In this document: in pieces, positions 30,288-40,560 of the stretch
How positions within the stretch are numbered: the stretch's first letter is position 1
How the letters are laid out: each line of letters opens with the position of its first letter
Source of the DNA: Thainema sp.
GTDB lineage: Bacteria > Cyanobacteriota > Cyanobacteriia > Phormidesmidales > Phormidesmidaceae
Direction of reading: 5' to 3'
Assembly (NCBI GenBank): GCA_052168235.1
Contig: JBQLZK010000012.1
Span: forward strand, 44,038-108,037
DNA: 64,000 nt
Position numbers and translations under genes: made by a program
Notes under the pieces: generated by a model
Seen by the model: only the letters and a program-made list of their open reading frames with translations
What the model was told of the DNA's origin: nothing
Databases searched by the model: none

Positions 30288-30710
30288 CTACCGTTGGTCA
30301 AGCCACTGCTGCAAAATGATGGCGGCAGCTTTGCGGTCAATTAAAGCTTTATGGTGAGCAGGAGATCGCCGTTCAGCCTGCAACAGTTGCTCCGCTTCAT
30401 AGGAGGTCAATCGCTCATCAACATACTCAATTGGCAAATTGAGCGCCTGGGATAATCGTTCCGCGACTTTCTGGATCTGTCGTGCCTGATGCCCGATCGT
30501 GCCATCCATTGAGTAAGGCATACCGATCACAAGCAATTGAACCTGGCGCTCATTGACCAGTTCTTGGAGTGCTTCAACTAAATGATCAAACGATCGGCGC
30601 TGAATCGTCGTCAACCCTGTCGCGATCAGTCCCATGCCATCGCAGCCCGCGACACCGACCCGCTTGCGGCCAATATCTAATCCCAATGCTGAAACACGCG
30701 ACGCTGCCAT
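30288..30710 (-). CDS. ruvX: RuvX/YqgF resolvase-like protein
   Basis: LGLDIGRKRVGVA, VIGMP, VDERLTS and ID..AA.IILQQWL. Confidence 0.95.
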   Translation of the reverse strand: MAASRVSALGLDIGRKRVGVAGCDGMGLIATGLTTIQRRSFDHLVEALQELVNERQVQLLVIGMPYSMDGTIGHQARQIQKVAERLSQALNLPIEYVDERLTSYEAEQLLQAERRSPAHHKALIDRKAAAIILQQWLDQR

Positions 30711-30718
30711 ATTTTTGT

Positions 30719-32059
30719 TTAACCAGACGACCCATCCTGAGATAGATCAGGGAAATTTCGCCCCGGTTTGGGTCGATTGGGTTCAGAGGCAAAATCGCGA
30801 TCGCGATTTTGCCCTCCGCTACCATTACCGTTGCCGTTGCCACCTACTTCAGTATCCGGCAGAGCGGTTGACTCGTGATACGGAAGCAAGGGTTCGGACG
30901 ACGGCGACATCCGCCAAGACATCCGACCGGGTACAGGCTTGCGTGAAGGCTGTAATCCTTGCAGCATATCCGATAGCTGAAGCGCATCCAACGAAACAGG
31001 CTTCGATTCCCGCAGCTTGTGCCACACCGAACGAGACATCATTAGCGTTTGCTCAATCGGGCTAGCCTCAATCCGCGTTAGGTACTCTTCTCGCTCTGGC
31101 TGATAATCCGAAGACGACAAATGCAGGGTCTGCTCAGGAAAGGTTTGGACAATCCGCGCCATTTGAGAAACCAGTTCTGGATACAGCCAGGTATAAGCCG
31201 GATGTACCGTTAGTTTGGCTCGATGGGCGCGACTGCCATCGCGACAGCATTCCACTCGGAAATAGCCGATAGCAGCCTTGCGCTGTGACTCAAACACATA
31301 ACCGCTGACTACTTCAGTGCGATTGAGCCAGTGGCGCATCGTGTCGATGCAGGAACTGAGCAATCCCGTCTTAAAATCTTGAATTTGATGGTCAAAAACC
31401 TGCCGTACCAGTGGCGGCATGGAAGCGGTGTCGAGTTGATATAGCAATTGAGCATCGGCGTTACTCACTGGCAGCAGATTAGGTAGAGTCGGTTCCTGCT
31501 CAGCGAGAGTCTTGAGCTGCTCGGGTTTGAGCGCCCAATAGGTCAGATGGGCTAGGGGTTGGAATCCGTTTTGCCGATAGAGAGCCAGCGAATCTTTGTC
31601 GTTGACGCTGACTTCTAACAGCCAAGTCCGAGCTTCCCAAAAGGACTCGAAACAGTGCCGCAGTAGCAGCGAACCAGCATCCGATGCTAACTTAAGCTGC
31701 TCATCATCTGATGATCCATTCAACTTGGTGGAATCAACTGCCACTTGATCTACTCGCCATGTGCTGCGGGTGCGGTTGAAGGGAGAAACCTGGATTAACC
31801 CGCAGAGTTGGTTGCTCTGAACCGCCACATATGTATAGAACAATTGCTTGATCGGGCGCGGCATCAGGCTGAGGAACTTCAGCGGTACATACCACCGCCG
31901 CATTTGCTCAAATCGCTGGTGGGTCGGCATATCCGGATAGAGCTGGTTGGCAACGCTACCGTCCTCTTCTTTCTCAAAGAACGACTCAAGTTCGTCCAGA
32001 TCTTTGTACTGAACTGGACGAATAACAAAGGAAGTGTTTTGGGAGGTTGCTAAGGCCAT
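30719..32059 (-). CDS. GNAT family N-acetyltransferase
   Basis: IQVSPFNRTRSTWRV, ALYRQNGFQPL and LTVHPAYTWL. Confidence 0.85.
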   Translation of the reverse strand: MALATSQNTSFVIRPVQYKDLDELESFFEKEEDGSVANQLYPDMPTHQRFEQMRRWYVPLKFLSLMPRPIKQLFYTYVAVQSNQLCGLIQVSPFNRTRSTWRVDQVAVDSTKLNGSSDDEQLKLASDAGSLLLRHCFESFWEARTWLLEVSVNDKDSLALYRQNGFQPLAHLTYWALKPEQLKTLAEQEPTLPNLLPVSNADAQLLYQLDTASMPPLVRQVFDHQIQDFKTGLLSSCIDTMRHWLNRTEVVSGYVFESQRKAAIGYFRVECCRDGSRAHRAKLTVHPAYTWLYPELVSQMARIVQTFPEQTLHLSSSDYQPEREEYLTRIEASPIEQTLMMSRSVWHKLRESKPVSLDALQLSDMLQGLQPSRKPVPGRMSWRMSPSSEPLLPYHESTALPDTEVGGNGNGNGSGGQNRDRDFASEPNRPKPGRNFPDLSQDGSSG

Positions 32060-32125
32060 TGGAGTCCAACCTAAATACAACGGACGAGCCAGACACCCAA
32101 AGTACCCTTCTATGAAAGACCCTTG

Positions 32126-33316
32126 CTACTTGGTCAGAGTTGGCGCAACAGCGGGGCGAATTAAAACGAGTGGCGTTTGCTCATCTGCATTACCCGCTGG
32201 ATTGTCAATCAAAGCCCGTTCCAGTAGGGGAAGGGATACGTCAGACGTTGCTGCCAATATCTTAACCGCTTTTAAGTCGTTCACGTCTACGATCGCAGCC
32301 GCGAGACCTGTTTCGGCTCGGATTTGGTCAACAACCTGCTGTGGATTATCTGGGCCCAGTACGATGAATTGATCATAGGGGGGAAGAGTTCCCGTGACAT
32401 CATCAATTAGGCGGGCTTGTTCCCCTGCTAGCTGATAGAAACCGCCTCTATATCTAAAGAATAGGCGCATTAAGCTGCCGCCGATAAATGCAAAGGCCAC
32501 CCGCCACGCACCGACTTGATCCACCAGCGTTTGCATCCCACAGGCGGTTGCCAAACTGGACGTGGGTAAAAAGTAATAGCAAATGTGTCGCGCCAGCCAA
32601 CCCGGCTTAACGTCTGTCGGATGCCGCCAGCGCCCCTGCATGATAGCAACTGGAGTTTCTCCCAGCGTGACGATATCGCCCGGTTGAGCATAGGGTGCGA
32701 CGTAGCGCTTTACAATTTCAACTGGAGTGTCGAGGTGCGTCAATAAATGGGTGGGAATGGGCAAGATATCTGCATCAGCCGTGGGACGCCAAGCAGCCTG
32801 ATTGGGATCAACGGTGGGAAATTTCAGCGGCACCACCACGTGTTTGCGTTTGGGAATTCGTCCTTGCGGACCGTAAGTGACGTATTCAATTCTCACCCAG
32901 AGGGCTTTGAGGTTCCGCAGCTCTGGGCCACTGATCTCGATTTCGATTTCGAGATGGGTCGTTTTTGCGCCTTTGACAATGTATGCAAACCAGTAGTCAT
33001 CGGGCCGAGACGACATATCGGGATGATTGGGACGGAGGCGCACGGTATGCGTCGTCTGAGTTAAAGAACTGCCGGATAGCAGAGTTGCTTCGGCATGTAC
33101 CTCGGGTACCATAATCTCTAACTTACGGGTCAGGTTTTGAAACTCTAAATCCCCCAATATGCGGTAGTAATCTGGCTCGTAAGCCTCAATGTTCCAGTCG
33201 CCAGAGGTCAGCGCCAAGGCATTTCCCTGACGTCGGCGATACTGAAGCTCAAACAGCACTAGCCCTAGAATCACCAGGAGCACTAGAATGCCAATGCCAA
33301 TGCCGATTAATGCCAT
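32126..33316 (-). CDS. F420-0:gamma-glutamyl ligase-like protein
   Basis: GETPVAIMQGR, LIDDVTGTLPPYD, IVDVNDL and NPAGNADEQTP. Confidence 0.8.
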   Translation of the reverse strand: MALIGIGIGILVLLVILGLVLFELQYRRRQGNALALTSGDWNIEAYEPDYYRILGDLEFQNLTRKLEIMVPEVHAEATLLSGSSLTQTTHTVRLRPNHPDMSSRPDDYWFAYIVKGAKTTHLEIEIEISGPELRNLKALWVRIEYVTYGPQGRIPKRKHVVVPLKFPTVDPNQAAWRPTADADILPIPTHLLTHLDTPVEIVKRYVAPYAQPGDIVTLGETPVAIMQGRWRHPTDVKPGWLARHICYYFLPTSSLATACGMQTLVDQVGAWRVAFAFIGGSLMRLFFRYRGGFYQLAGEQARLIDDVTGTLPPYDQFIVLGPDNPQQVVDQIRAETGLAAAIVDVNDLKAVKILAATSDVSLPLLERALIDNPAGNADEQTPLVLIRPAVAPTLTK

Positions 33317-33576
33317 AGTCTTATATCCTCAAGTTGCCTCATTCGAGAACTACCATGCACGATTCCTTTAAGAGACTATCGAAAAATGGCTCGGTCGGAA
33401 TGATTTTTTGCCCGGATTTTGCGAGGGTATGTAGTTCGGAGGTGCGATCGCACTTCAAATCCAAACAAGCTCAAAGTTTACAAAACTTATAAGTTGCGGC
33501 ACGATGTAGAGAAATCTGAGTAGCAAAAGAAATCTAAGCGATATTGCTGCGAGTGGCAGTTGGGGAGAATTCAGTC

Positions 33577-34524
33577 ATGAATCGGTTGATAGTTGCAGAA
33601 CGGTATTGTCTAATTGGGCATATTGTGTCGATGGCATTTGGCCTCGCAGGTCTGCTGTTGGTGGTGCCCCATCCAGAGTTTTTAGATCATGTCCCAGCCG
33701 GCCATACGATGTTTAGCTGGAGTATGGCGGGTGGTGGCGTGTCCTACATTCTGCTGGGTGCGATTGCAGTTGCCATCTATGCCTATCGCAATTTGGGCAC
33801 GAAAATCTGGCTGGCGTTCATGATTCCAGCGATTTTGATTTCACTGGGTAGTGAACTATTGGGAACCAGCACGGGCTTCCCCTTTGGCGACTACAGCTAT
33901 CTGAGCGGATTAGGCTACAAGATTGCTGGACTTGTCCCCTTCACCATTCCCCTCTCGTGGTTTTACTTAGGCCTTTCCGCTTACCTGCTGGCACGGGGCG
34001 GTCTCGCGCGCGTGAGCAACGGTGTCACCATTCCAATGGGCGTTGGTCGTCAGTTGATCTGCATTGGGTTGGGTGCCCTGCTGCTCACCTCTTGGGACTT
34101 TGTGCTGGATCCAGCCATGAGCCAAACAGGGATGCCGTTCTGGTACTGGCATCAGGAAGGGGCATTTTTTGGTATGCCCTATCAGAACTTTGCCGGCTGG
34201 CTCGGCACAGGTGCAACCTTTATGACCATTGCCGCACTGTTGTGGCGCAAGCGGGTCTTTGCCTTTACTCAAACGCAATTAACGCTGCCCTTGGTGATTT
34301 ATCTGAGCAACTTTGCCTTCGCCATGATCATGAGTTTGGCGGGTGGCATCATTACTCCGGTACTTTTGGGACTGGTATTGGGTGCGGTTCCTGCCGTTGT
34401 TTGCTGGTATTTGACACCTAAAGTTGCCGTTGCGCCATCACTGGCTGAGGCACCTGTGATGGGTACGGCTCCGCAAGAACTAGGTTCTGAAGTAACCACA
34501 ACAACAGTCGGTGTTTTGAAATAA
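33577..34524 (+). CDS. cruF: Carotenoid 1',2'-hydratase CruF (myxoxanthophyll pathway)
   Basis: SELLGTSTGFPFG, VPFTIPLSWFY, WDFVLDPAM and PYQNFAGW; directly upstream of a cruG-like GT2. Confidence 0.9.
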   Translation: MNRLIVAERYCLIGHIVSMAFGLAGLLLVVPHPEFLDHVPAGHTMFSWSMAGGGVSYILLGAIAVAIYAYRNLGTKIWLAFMIPAILISLGSELLGTSTGFPFGDYSYLSGLGYKIAGLVPFTIPLSWFYLGLSAYLLARGGLARVSNGVTIPMGVGRQLICIGLGALLLTSWDFVLDPAMSQTGMPFWYWHQEGAFFGMPYQNFAGWLGTGATFMTIAALLWRKRVFAFTQTQLTLPLVIYLSNFAFAMIMSLAGGIITPVLLGLVLGAVPAVVCWYLTPKVAVAPSLAEAPVMGTAPQELGSEVTTTTVGVLK

Positions 34525-34555
34525 ATGGCATCGGTTAGACATCATTGGTTGGATG

Positions 34556-34577
34556 GGGTGGGCACTGCCCACCCTAC
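34556..34577 (-). repeat. GTAG-type REP-like element
   Basis: Minus strand GTAGGGTGGGCAGTGCCCACCC. Confidence 0.7.
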
Positions 34578-34617
34578 AGAGGCACGGTTAATCTGAAGAA
34601 TTTGGGTAGGCGCAGGT

Positions 34618-35826
34618 TTGGCAGGATTTGAATTCGGGATTAATGCGATCGCACTCATTCTCTTAGTGCTGCAAGTACCTGCGATCGCGGTTTTACTGTC
34701 GCGTTTATTACAAGGGCCAAAGCGCAAAGCGCCGATATCTCCCCAACCTCCTCATCCAGGTTTACTGGGTCAGGTTAGCGTCGTAGTGCCAACGCTGAAT
34801 GAAGCGGAGCGGATTCAGCCTTGTCTAGACGGCCTCAGCCAGCAGAGCTATGAACTGCGAGAGGTGATCGTCGTAGACAGCCGCTCTCAGGATGGCACAC
34901 AAGATCTAGTCAAGCAGCAGCAGCAGCGCGATCCTCGCTTTCGGCTGATTGAGGATGATCCCTTGCCTGCCGATTGGGTCGGTCGGCCCTGGGCGCTGCA
35001 TACGGGCTTTTTGCATAGCAGTGAGCAGAGTCAATGGGTGCTGGGCATTGATGCCGATACGAAACCCAAGCCAGGCTTAATCGCAGGTCTAATCACTGCT
35101 GCCGAGTCCGCTGGTTATGACCTTGTTTCGCTTTCTCCCCAATTCATTTTGAAAACCGCTGGAGAATGCTGGCTTCAGCCCGCACTGTTGATGACGCTGG
35201 TCTACCGCTTTGGGCCGTCTGGCGCAGGTGAGGGTACGGCTGAGCGAGTCATGGCCAATGGCCAGTGTTTTCTCTGTCGGCGGTCGGTATTAGCAAGTCT
35301 GGGAGGCTACAGCAGCGCTCGCCAGTCCTTCTGTGATGACGTGACGCTGGCTCGCTATGCGGCGGCCAATGGTGCCAAAGTCGGCTTCTGGGACGGAGCC
35401 AAGCTGATTCAGGTGCGGATGTATGAAGGGATGGCGGAAACCTGGCGCGAATGGGGCCGCTCGCTGGATTTGAAAGATGCCTGTTCCGTCGGTCAAAAGT
35501 GGGGCGATTTAGGTTTTCTCACGGCGGTTCAGGGCTTACCGTGGATTCTCACGCCTATATTTACTGGCCTCTATGCGTCGGGTTATGAGAGCTTACCTGT
35601 GCTGGCCGTTGGCCTGAGTAACGGGATTTTGTGCCTGATTCGGTTTGCGCTACTAGCTGCGATCGCACCTTCCTATGATCTCACTGAAGCAAAAGGTGCA
35701 TGGGCATTCTGGCTCTCACCTTTGGCTGATCCGCTAGCGGTAATTCGGATCTATCTTTCATCCCTACAGACGCCAAAAAACTGGCGAGGCCGCATTTACA
35801 ATTGGTCTAGCGAATGGTCTCACTAA
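34618..35826 (+). CDS. cruG: Carotenoid 2'-O-glycosyltransferase CruG
   Basis: VVVPTLNE, DDPLPADWVGRPWAL, DAD, MANGQC, FCDDV and WGRSLDLKD; follows cruF. Confidence 0.88.
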   Translation: MAGFEFGINAIALILLVLQVPAIAVLLSRLLQGPKRKAPISPQPPHPGLLGQVSVVVPTLNEAERIQPCLDGLSQQSYELREVIVVDSRSQDGTQDLVKQQQQRDPRFRLIEDDPLPADWVGRPWALHTGFLHSSEQSQWVLGIDADTKPKPGLIAGLITAAESAGYDLVSLSPQFILKTAGECWLQPALLMTLVYRFGPSGAGEGTAERVMANGQCFLCRRSVLASLGGYSSARQSFCDDVTLARYAAANGAKVGFWDGAKLIQVRMYEGMAETWREWGRSLDLKDACSVGQKWGDLGFLTAVQGLPWILTPIFTGLYASGYESLPVLAVGLSNGILCLIRFALLAAIAPSYDLTEAKGAWAFWLSPLADPLAVIRIYLSSLQTPKNWRGRIYNWSSEWSH

Positions 35827-35879
35827 ATTTTGAATTAATACATCGAAATCAATTGTGAACTTAACTTGAGATTTAAATC

Positions 35880-36662
35880 GTGGAATCAAATTCCATCATC
35901 TGGCTGGGACTACTCGCTAGTTTCGTCGCAGGTCTAGGAACTGGCGTTGGCTCACTGCCTATCCTATTTCTGCGGCAAATTTCTAAGAATGTACAGGGCA
36001 TCATGCTCGGCTTTGGTGCGGGCGTCATGCTGGCGGCATCGGCCTTTTCTCTAATCGTTCCCGGTGTAGAAGCCGCAGTTGAAGTCACGGGCAATGAGCT
36101 ACTATCCGCTCTAATTGTGGCAGCAGGTGTGATTCTAGGTGGCGTTTTTCTCTGGCTGAGCAATCGCTACTTTCCCCACGAACACTTTATTAAGGGGCCG
36201 GAAGGTTCCAACATTCAAAACCTACGGCGCGTCTGGCTGTTTATCATCGCGATCACCATTCACAATTTCCCAGAAGGCTTAGCGGTCGGAGTCGGTTTCG
36301 GTGGGGGGGATGTGTCCAACGGCATCGCGTTGGCAACGGGCATCGGTCTGCAAAACATACCAGAGGGGCTGGTCGTTGCCCTATCTCTTATTACGGAACG
36401 CTATTCTCGCTTGAGCGCTCTGGGCATTAGCCTCGCGACCGGGCTCGTGGAACCTGTAGGCGGACTGATTGGGGCCGCAGCGGTTTCCGTGGCGCAGCCG
36501 ATTCTTCCTTGGGCAATGGGCTTTGCCGCTGGCGCAATGCTGTTTGTAATTAGTGATGAAATTATTCCAGAATCCAATCGCTTAGGCTATGAGCAGGCGG
36601 CAACCGTTGGTTTGATGACGGGCTTTGTAGTGATGATGGTGCTGGATGTTTCGCTGGGTTAG
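35880..36662 (+). CDS. ZIP family (ZupT/GufA-like) metal transporter
   Basis: PHEH, ITIHNFPEG, QNIPEG and AAGAML...EIIPE. Confidence 0.92.
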   Translation: MESNSIIWLGLLASFVAGLGTGVGSLPILFLRQISKNVQGIMLGFGAGVMLAASAFSLIVPGVEAAVEVTGNELLSALIVAAGVILGGVFLWLSNRYFPHEHFIKGPEGSNIQNLRRVWLFIIAITIHNFPEGLAVGVGFGGGDVSNGIALATGIGLQNIPEGLVVALSLITERYSRLSALGISLATGLVEPVGGLIGAAAVSVAQPILPWAMGFAAGAMLFVISDEIIPESNRLGYEQAATVGLMTGFVVMMVLDVSLG

Positions 36663-36677
36663 GTGTGTTTGGGTTAT

Positions 36678-36781
36678 CTCACATCTTGCACCTTGCAAAC
36701 CAAAGACCCAGAAGGGTGATTTTGCCGCCGCGTCGCGGCGGCAAAATCACCCTTCTGGGTCTTTGGTTTGCAAGATGTGAG
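36678..36781. repeat. MITE/SDR-like palindromic element with 40-bp perfect arms, family of 4667-4767
   Basis: Arms 36692-36731 and 36735-36774 with loop GTC; termini CTCACATCTTGCA / TGCAAGATGTGAG; between convergent genes. Confidence 0.9.
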
Positions 36782-36790
36782 GTTATGGGA

Positions 36791-37621
36791 TCACTGAGAA
36801 GTATCACTGTATAAACTGGCTAGCTCATCTAAACCAATTGTTGACAACGTGCTGAGCCAGAGCGCATCGGCTTCTTCCTGTTCGCTGGGGGGTAAAGCTG
36901 CGATCGCATCTAGATAGTCAAACCAAAGGCCGTTGGTGCCGTAGATTTCAATTCGTTCTTCTAGATCGGCATCGGCCAGTTGAGTTGCAACTTCAGAATC
37001 CAGCATCATCCGCTGCACCCAGCCCATGATATTCAGGTTGCCCGCCGGATTTTCGGCATTACAGATCAGATCCACTGACCAGCGATAGGTGCGTCCCATA
37101 ACCAGCGGTTGTGCTTCACCCGTTGGCGGCAGCGTTAGGCTGACCATACCGCCTTCGGTCGGTGCAGGCTGTACGGTTTCGTAGATCAGCATGCCCTCGG
37201 AATCCGTTCGATTGGGATCAGCCGCGTAAAGTTGAAAACGCATGGCCTCAGCGTTGGACTGGGGCACATACCAGCGAAAGGTCGGAAATGCCTGGGTGGT
37301 TTGTCCCACGTTGCTATCTGGCAGTAAGGCAATTAGGTTTGATGGGCGACCTACGGCACAGCCGCCACGGGTGCCGCCACTAGCTCGTCGTCCCGGTAAA
37401 CCCGCATCAGGCGGTACAAACTGCGCTGCTGCTGGCACTGTCCACAGCGGTAGGGTTAGGCACAGACTGCCAACTAATAATCCAAATCGTCGGCATAGCC
37501 ATGCTTGCGGTGACTTGACGGTCGCAGCGAGGGGAGTGCGATCGCAAAACGGGCGAAACCAAAACGAACGAATCATAACAAGATAGGGGGGATAAGCGAA
37601 TACAGGTGGGCAAAACTGCAT
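36791..37621 (-). CDS. DUF928 domain protein
   Basis: PGRRASGGTRG.C, LIALLP, PTFRWYVP, YRWS...C, GWVQR and GLWFD; start uncertain. Confidence 0.85.
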   Translation of the reverse strand: MQFCPPVFAYPPYLVMIRSFWFRPFCDRTPLAATVKSPQAWLCRRFGLLVGSLCLTLPLWTVPAAAQFVPPDAGLPGRRASGGTRGGCAVGRPSNLIALLPDSNVGQTTQAFPTFRWYVPQSNAEAMRFQLYAADPNRTDSEGMLIYETVQPAPTEGGMVSLTLPPTGEAQPLVMGRTYRWSVDLICNAENPAGNLNIMGWVQRMMLDSEVATQLADADLEERIEIYGTNGLWFDYLDAIAALPPSEQEEADALWLSTLSTIGLDELASLYSDTSQ

Positions 37622-37930
37622 CCAGCCTACTTTGTTTTTTCAGCAAATCGCTATGGCTATCCGGAACAAATGCGATTTTGCGATCGCAACTTTAACATCT
37701 TGACAGTAAGGCTTAGCTGTATGGCTAGCTGTGCCGTGCTCAACTTGAGCAAATTCACCATAACCAGGTTGATCAATCGGCAGTTTCGCTTTAGAACGTA
37801 GAGGGATCTCCATGAACCTGACTACAGGTGAGGGCTCACCGCACAAATGTAGCCTTCATCTTTTAGTGAAGAAATCACCCGTAACGACCGTCACGCTTTG
37901 TTCGTCTTGATCTAAGTAAGGCACCTACTC

Positions 37931-39373
37931 ATGGATTTTTTGTCAGATAGCATTGTGCTGTCGCGGATGCAGTTTGCGATGACAGCCATTTTCCACATGC
38001 TCTGGCCTGTGTTGACCACTGGTTTAGGCATTTATCTAGTTGTCATTGAGGCTATATGGCTGAAAACGCGCAATCCTGATTATTACTATCACGCCCGCTT
38101 TTGGTCAAAGCTCTATATTTTGAATTTTGGCATCGGCGTGGCCACAGGCATTCCGATGGAGTTTCAGTTCGGCACCAACTGGGCCCCCTTTTCAGAAGCC
38201 GTGGGCAACTTCTTTGGTAGCATCATCGGCTTTGAGGCGTCCTTTGCCTTCATGCTGGAGGCCGCGTTCCTGGGCATCATGGTGTTTGGCTGGGAGCGCG
38301 TCAATCCCGTTATTCACTTCTTGGCGACGATTCTGGTGGCCTTTGGTGCCAATCTGTCTACGTTCTGGATTTTGACTGCCAACTCTTGGATGCAGACACC
38401 CGCCGGAGGCGAATTTGTTGACGGCAAATTCATCGTTAGCGATTATTTTCAGGCAATTTTGAATCCGTTCATGGCCGTGAGCATTTCCCACATGTTCCTG
38501 GCCACGCTGGAAACCTCGCTGTTTGTGATTGGCGGCATCAGCGCCTGGTACATCATCAATCGGCGCAATCCAGCGTTCTTCCAGAAAGCCTTCAAGATTG
38601 TGCTGGTGGTTGCGATTGTCGTTGCTCCTTTGCAGATATACGTGGGACACCTGAGTGGCGAGCAGGTCTATCGTGAGCAGCCGACCAAGATGGCCGCTAT
38701 GGAAGCGCTTTGGGAAACTGTGCCTGCCGGAGGCCCTGCCGACTGGAGTTTGGTTGCATTACCGAATACCCAAACCGAGCGCAACGACTGGGAAATCAAA
38801 ATTCCCAATGCTCTGGGCTATATCCTGGAACTGAAATCCGATTTGTCAGAACCCGTGCAGGGGTTGAAAGAGTATCCACCCGAAGATCGACCCAGCATGG
38901 TGGGACTGGTCTACTACTCGTTTCGGATCATGATTGCCATTGGCTTCTTCTTGGCCGGACTGATGGGATTAACCTTACTTCAGTGGCTGCGAGGCAAATT
39001 ATCAGCAGATGCGATCGCAGATCAGCGCTGGCTGATGCGAGCTTGGATTTTCTCAGCACCGCTGGGATATATCGCCGTGGAATCTGGCTGGATCGTTCGC
39101 TGTGTGGGACGGCAACCCTGGGTTGTTTACGGTGAAATTCGCACCGTAGACGCGGTCTCAAACCTGCCACCTGCTGATATCTTGGGTTCGCTGACGGGCT
39201 TCGCTGCCGCCTACACCATTTTGTTTATTGCCGCCCTCTACTTCGGCAGCCGCATCATCCGCCGTGGCCCCAGGCTCGATCTACCCATTCCCGGTATCGA
39301 AACTAAACCCGCCGTCAATACCGAACCCGCCGAATTTGTTCCCGACGAACGCCCCGTCGAAGCCAAGCAATAG
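37931..39373 (+). CDS. cydA: Cytochrome bd quinol oxidase subunit I
   Basis: SRMQFAMTAIFH, MEFQFGTNW, ANSWMQTP, QPTKMAAME and GRQPW. Confidence 0.95.
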   Translation: MDFLSDSIVLSRMQFAMTAIFHMLWPVLTTGLGIYLVVIEAIWLKTRNPDYYYHARFWSKLYILNFGIGVATGIPMEFQFGTNWAPFSEAVGNFFGSIIGFEASFAFMLEAAFLGIMVFGWERVNPVIHFLATILVAFGANLSTFWILTANSWMQTPAGGEFVDGKFIVSDYFQAILNPFMAVSISHMFLATLETSLFVIGGISAWYIINRRNPAFFQKAFKIVLVVAIVVAPLQIYVGHLSGEQVYREQPTKMAAMEALWETVPAGGPADWSLVALPNTQTERNDWEIKIPNALGYILELKSDLSEPVQGLKEYPPEDRPSMVGLVYYSFRIMIAIGFFLAGLMGLTLLQWLRGKLSADAIADQRWLMRAWIFSAPLGYIAVESGWIVRCVGRQPWVVYGEIRTVDAVSNLPPADILGSLTGFAAAYTILFIAALYFGSRIIRRGPRLDLPIPGIETKPAVNTEPAEFVPDERPVEAKQ

Positions 39374-39392
39374 CAATTATCTATTCCTATCC

Positions 39393-40409
39393 ATGAACAC
39401 ATTGACCTACTTCCTGCCCCAGGTTTGGTTTGGCATTCTGGCGTTATTCCTCTTCCTCTATGTCATGCTGGATGGCTTTGATCTGGGTGTAGGTATCCTC
39501 TCACTCACGTCATCCTCCGAAGAACGCCGGGGTTTGCTCATGACCAGCCTCAGCAACATTTGGGACGCAAACGAAACTTGGCTAGTCTTAATGGGAGGTG
39601 CTCTGTTTGGCGCGTTTCCCTTGGCGTATGGCACCATTCTCAACGCGCTATATATCCCCGTTTTGCTGATGATCTTTGGATTTATCTTTCGGGGAGTCGC
39701 CTTTGAGTTTCGAGAACAGTCAAACCGTAAGCTGTTTTGGAACTATTCATTTGGGATTGGCAGCTTGCTGGCCGCGACTGGACAAGGTTTTGCGCTAGGG
39801 GGAGTATTAGCGGGAATTCCGGTTGATGAAAGCGGCCATTTTATCGGCAACACGCTGGAGTGTTTCAACCTGCCGTCTGTGCTAGTGACGCTGACGCTGA
39901 TTCAAGGCTATGTGCTGATTGGTTCCACCTACCTCGTGTGGAAAACGGAAGGCGAACTGCAAGAGACCCACTACAAAACGGCTCGCATTGCAGCAATCAC
40001 GACCTTAGCAGGCGCGATTTTAATTACGATCGCAACTCCAATTTTTTATGAATATGCCCGCACTCGCCTGTTCCAAGCGCCGCAGGTTTATATCTTTGCA
40101 GCCATTCCTATCTTGGGCGTATTGCTGATCACGCTGCTGCTCAGAAGTCTGAACAAAAAGCAGGAACGCTGGCCATTTGTCTGGACGATCTTGCTGTTTG
40201 TGCTGACGTTTCTGGGCCTAGCACTGGTAGTGTTTCCCTATATCATTCCGACGCAAATCACCATTTACGAAGCCGCTGCCGATCCGAGTGCGCTGGTGTT
40301 TATGCTGATTTTCATTGGTGGTCTGATTCCGATCATGCTGTTCTACAACGTTTATCAATACATCGTCTTTCGCGGCAAAGTCACCACGGATGTCTATGGT
40401 GGCGAATAA
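39393..40409 (+). CDS. cydB: Cytochrome bd quinol oxidase subunit II
   Basis: LDGFDLGVG, WDANETWL, FGAFP and FRGVAFEFR; ATG at 39393. Confidence 0.95.
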   Translation: MNTLTYFLPQVWFGILALFLFLYVMLDGFDLGVGILSLTSSSEERRGLLMTSLSNIWDANETWLVLMGGALFGAFPLAYGTILNALYIPVLLMIFGFIFRGVAFEFREQSNRKLFWNYSFGIGSLLAATGQGFALGGVLAGIPVDESGHFIGNTLECFNLPSVLVTLTLIQGYVLIGSTYLVWKTEGELQETHYKTARIAAITTLAGAILITIATPIFYEYARTRLFQAPQVYIFAAIPILGVLLITLLLRSLNKKQERWPFVWTILLFVLTFLGLALVVFPYIIPTQITIYEAAADPSALVFMLIFIGGLIPIMLFYNVYQYIVFRGKVTTDVYGGE

Positions 40410-40427
40410 GTGAATAGGGCAATAAAG

Positions 40428-40466
40428 GTCAGCTTGTGCCGCTGCATCGCAGCGGCACAAGCTGAC
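40428..40466. repeat. Perfect 18-bp-arm hairpin after cydB (REP-like or terminator)
   Basis: GTCAGCTTGTGCCGCTGC-ATC-GCAGCGGCACAAGCTGAC. Confidence 0.8.
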
Positions 40467-40560
40467 TCCAAGTTTTCGGGTGAGCCGCAACTATAGGAAA
40501 ATGTAGGGAGCAAAACTAAAATCGTCGCGTCTGTGAACCTATTGCGTCAAAGAAAAGACC

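Noticed and set aside
36791..37621. Functional link between DUF928 and the CHAT fusion gene
   Set aside because: The families often co-occur, but here they are 23 kb apart with unrelated genes between them.
39228..39392. N-terminal extension of cydB in the ORF track
   Set aside because: Overlaps the cydA 3' end; the ATG at 39393 gives a normal CydB.
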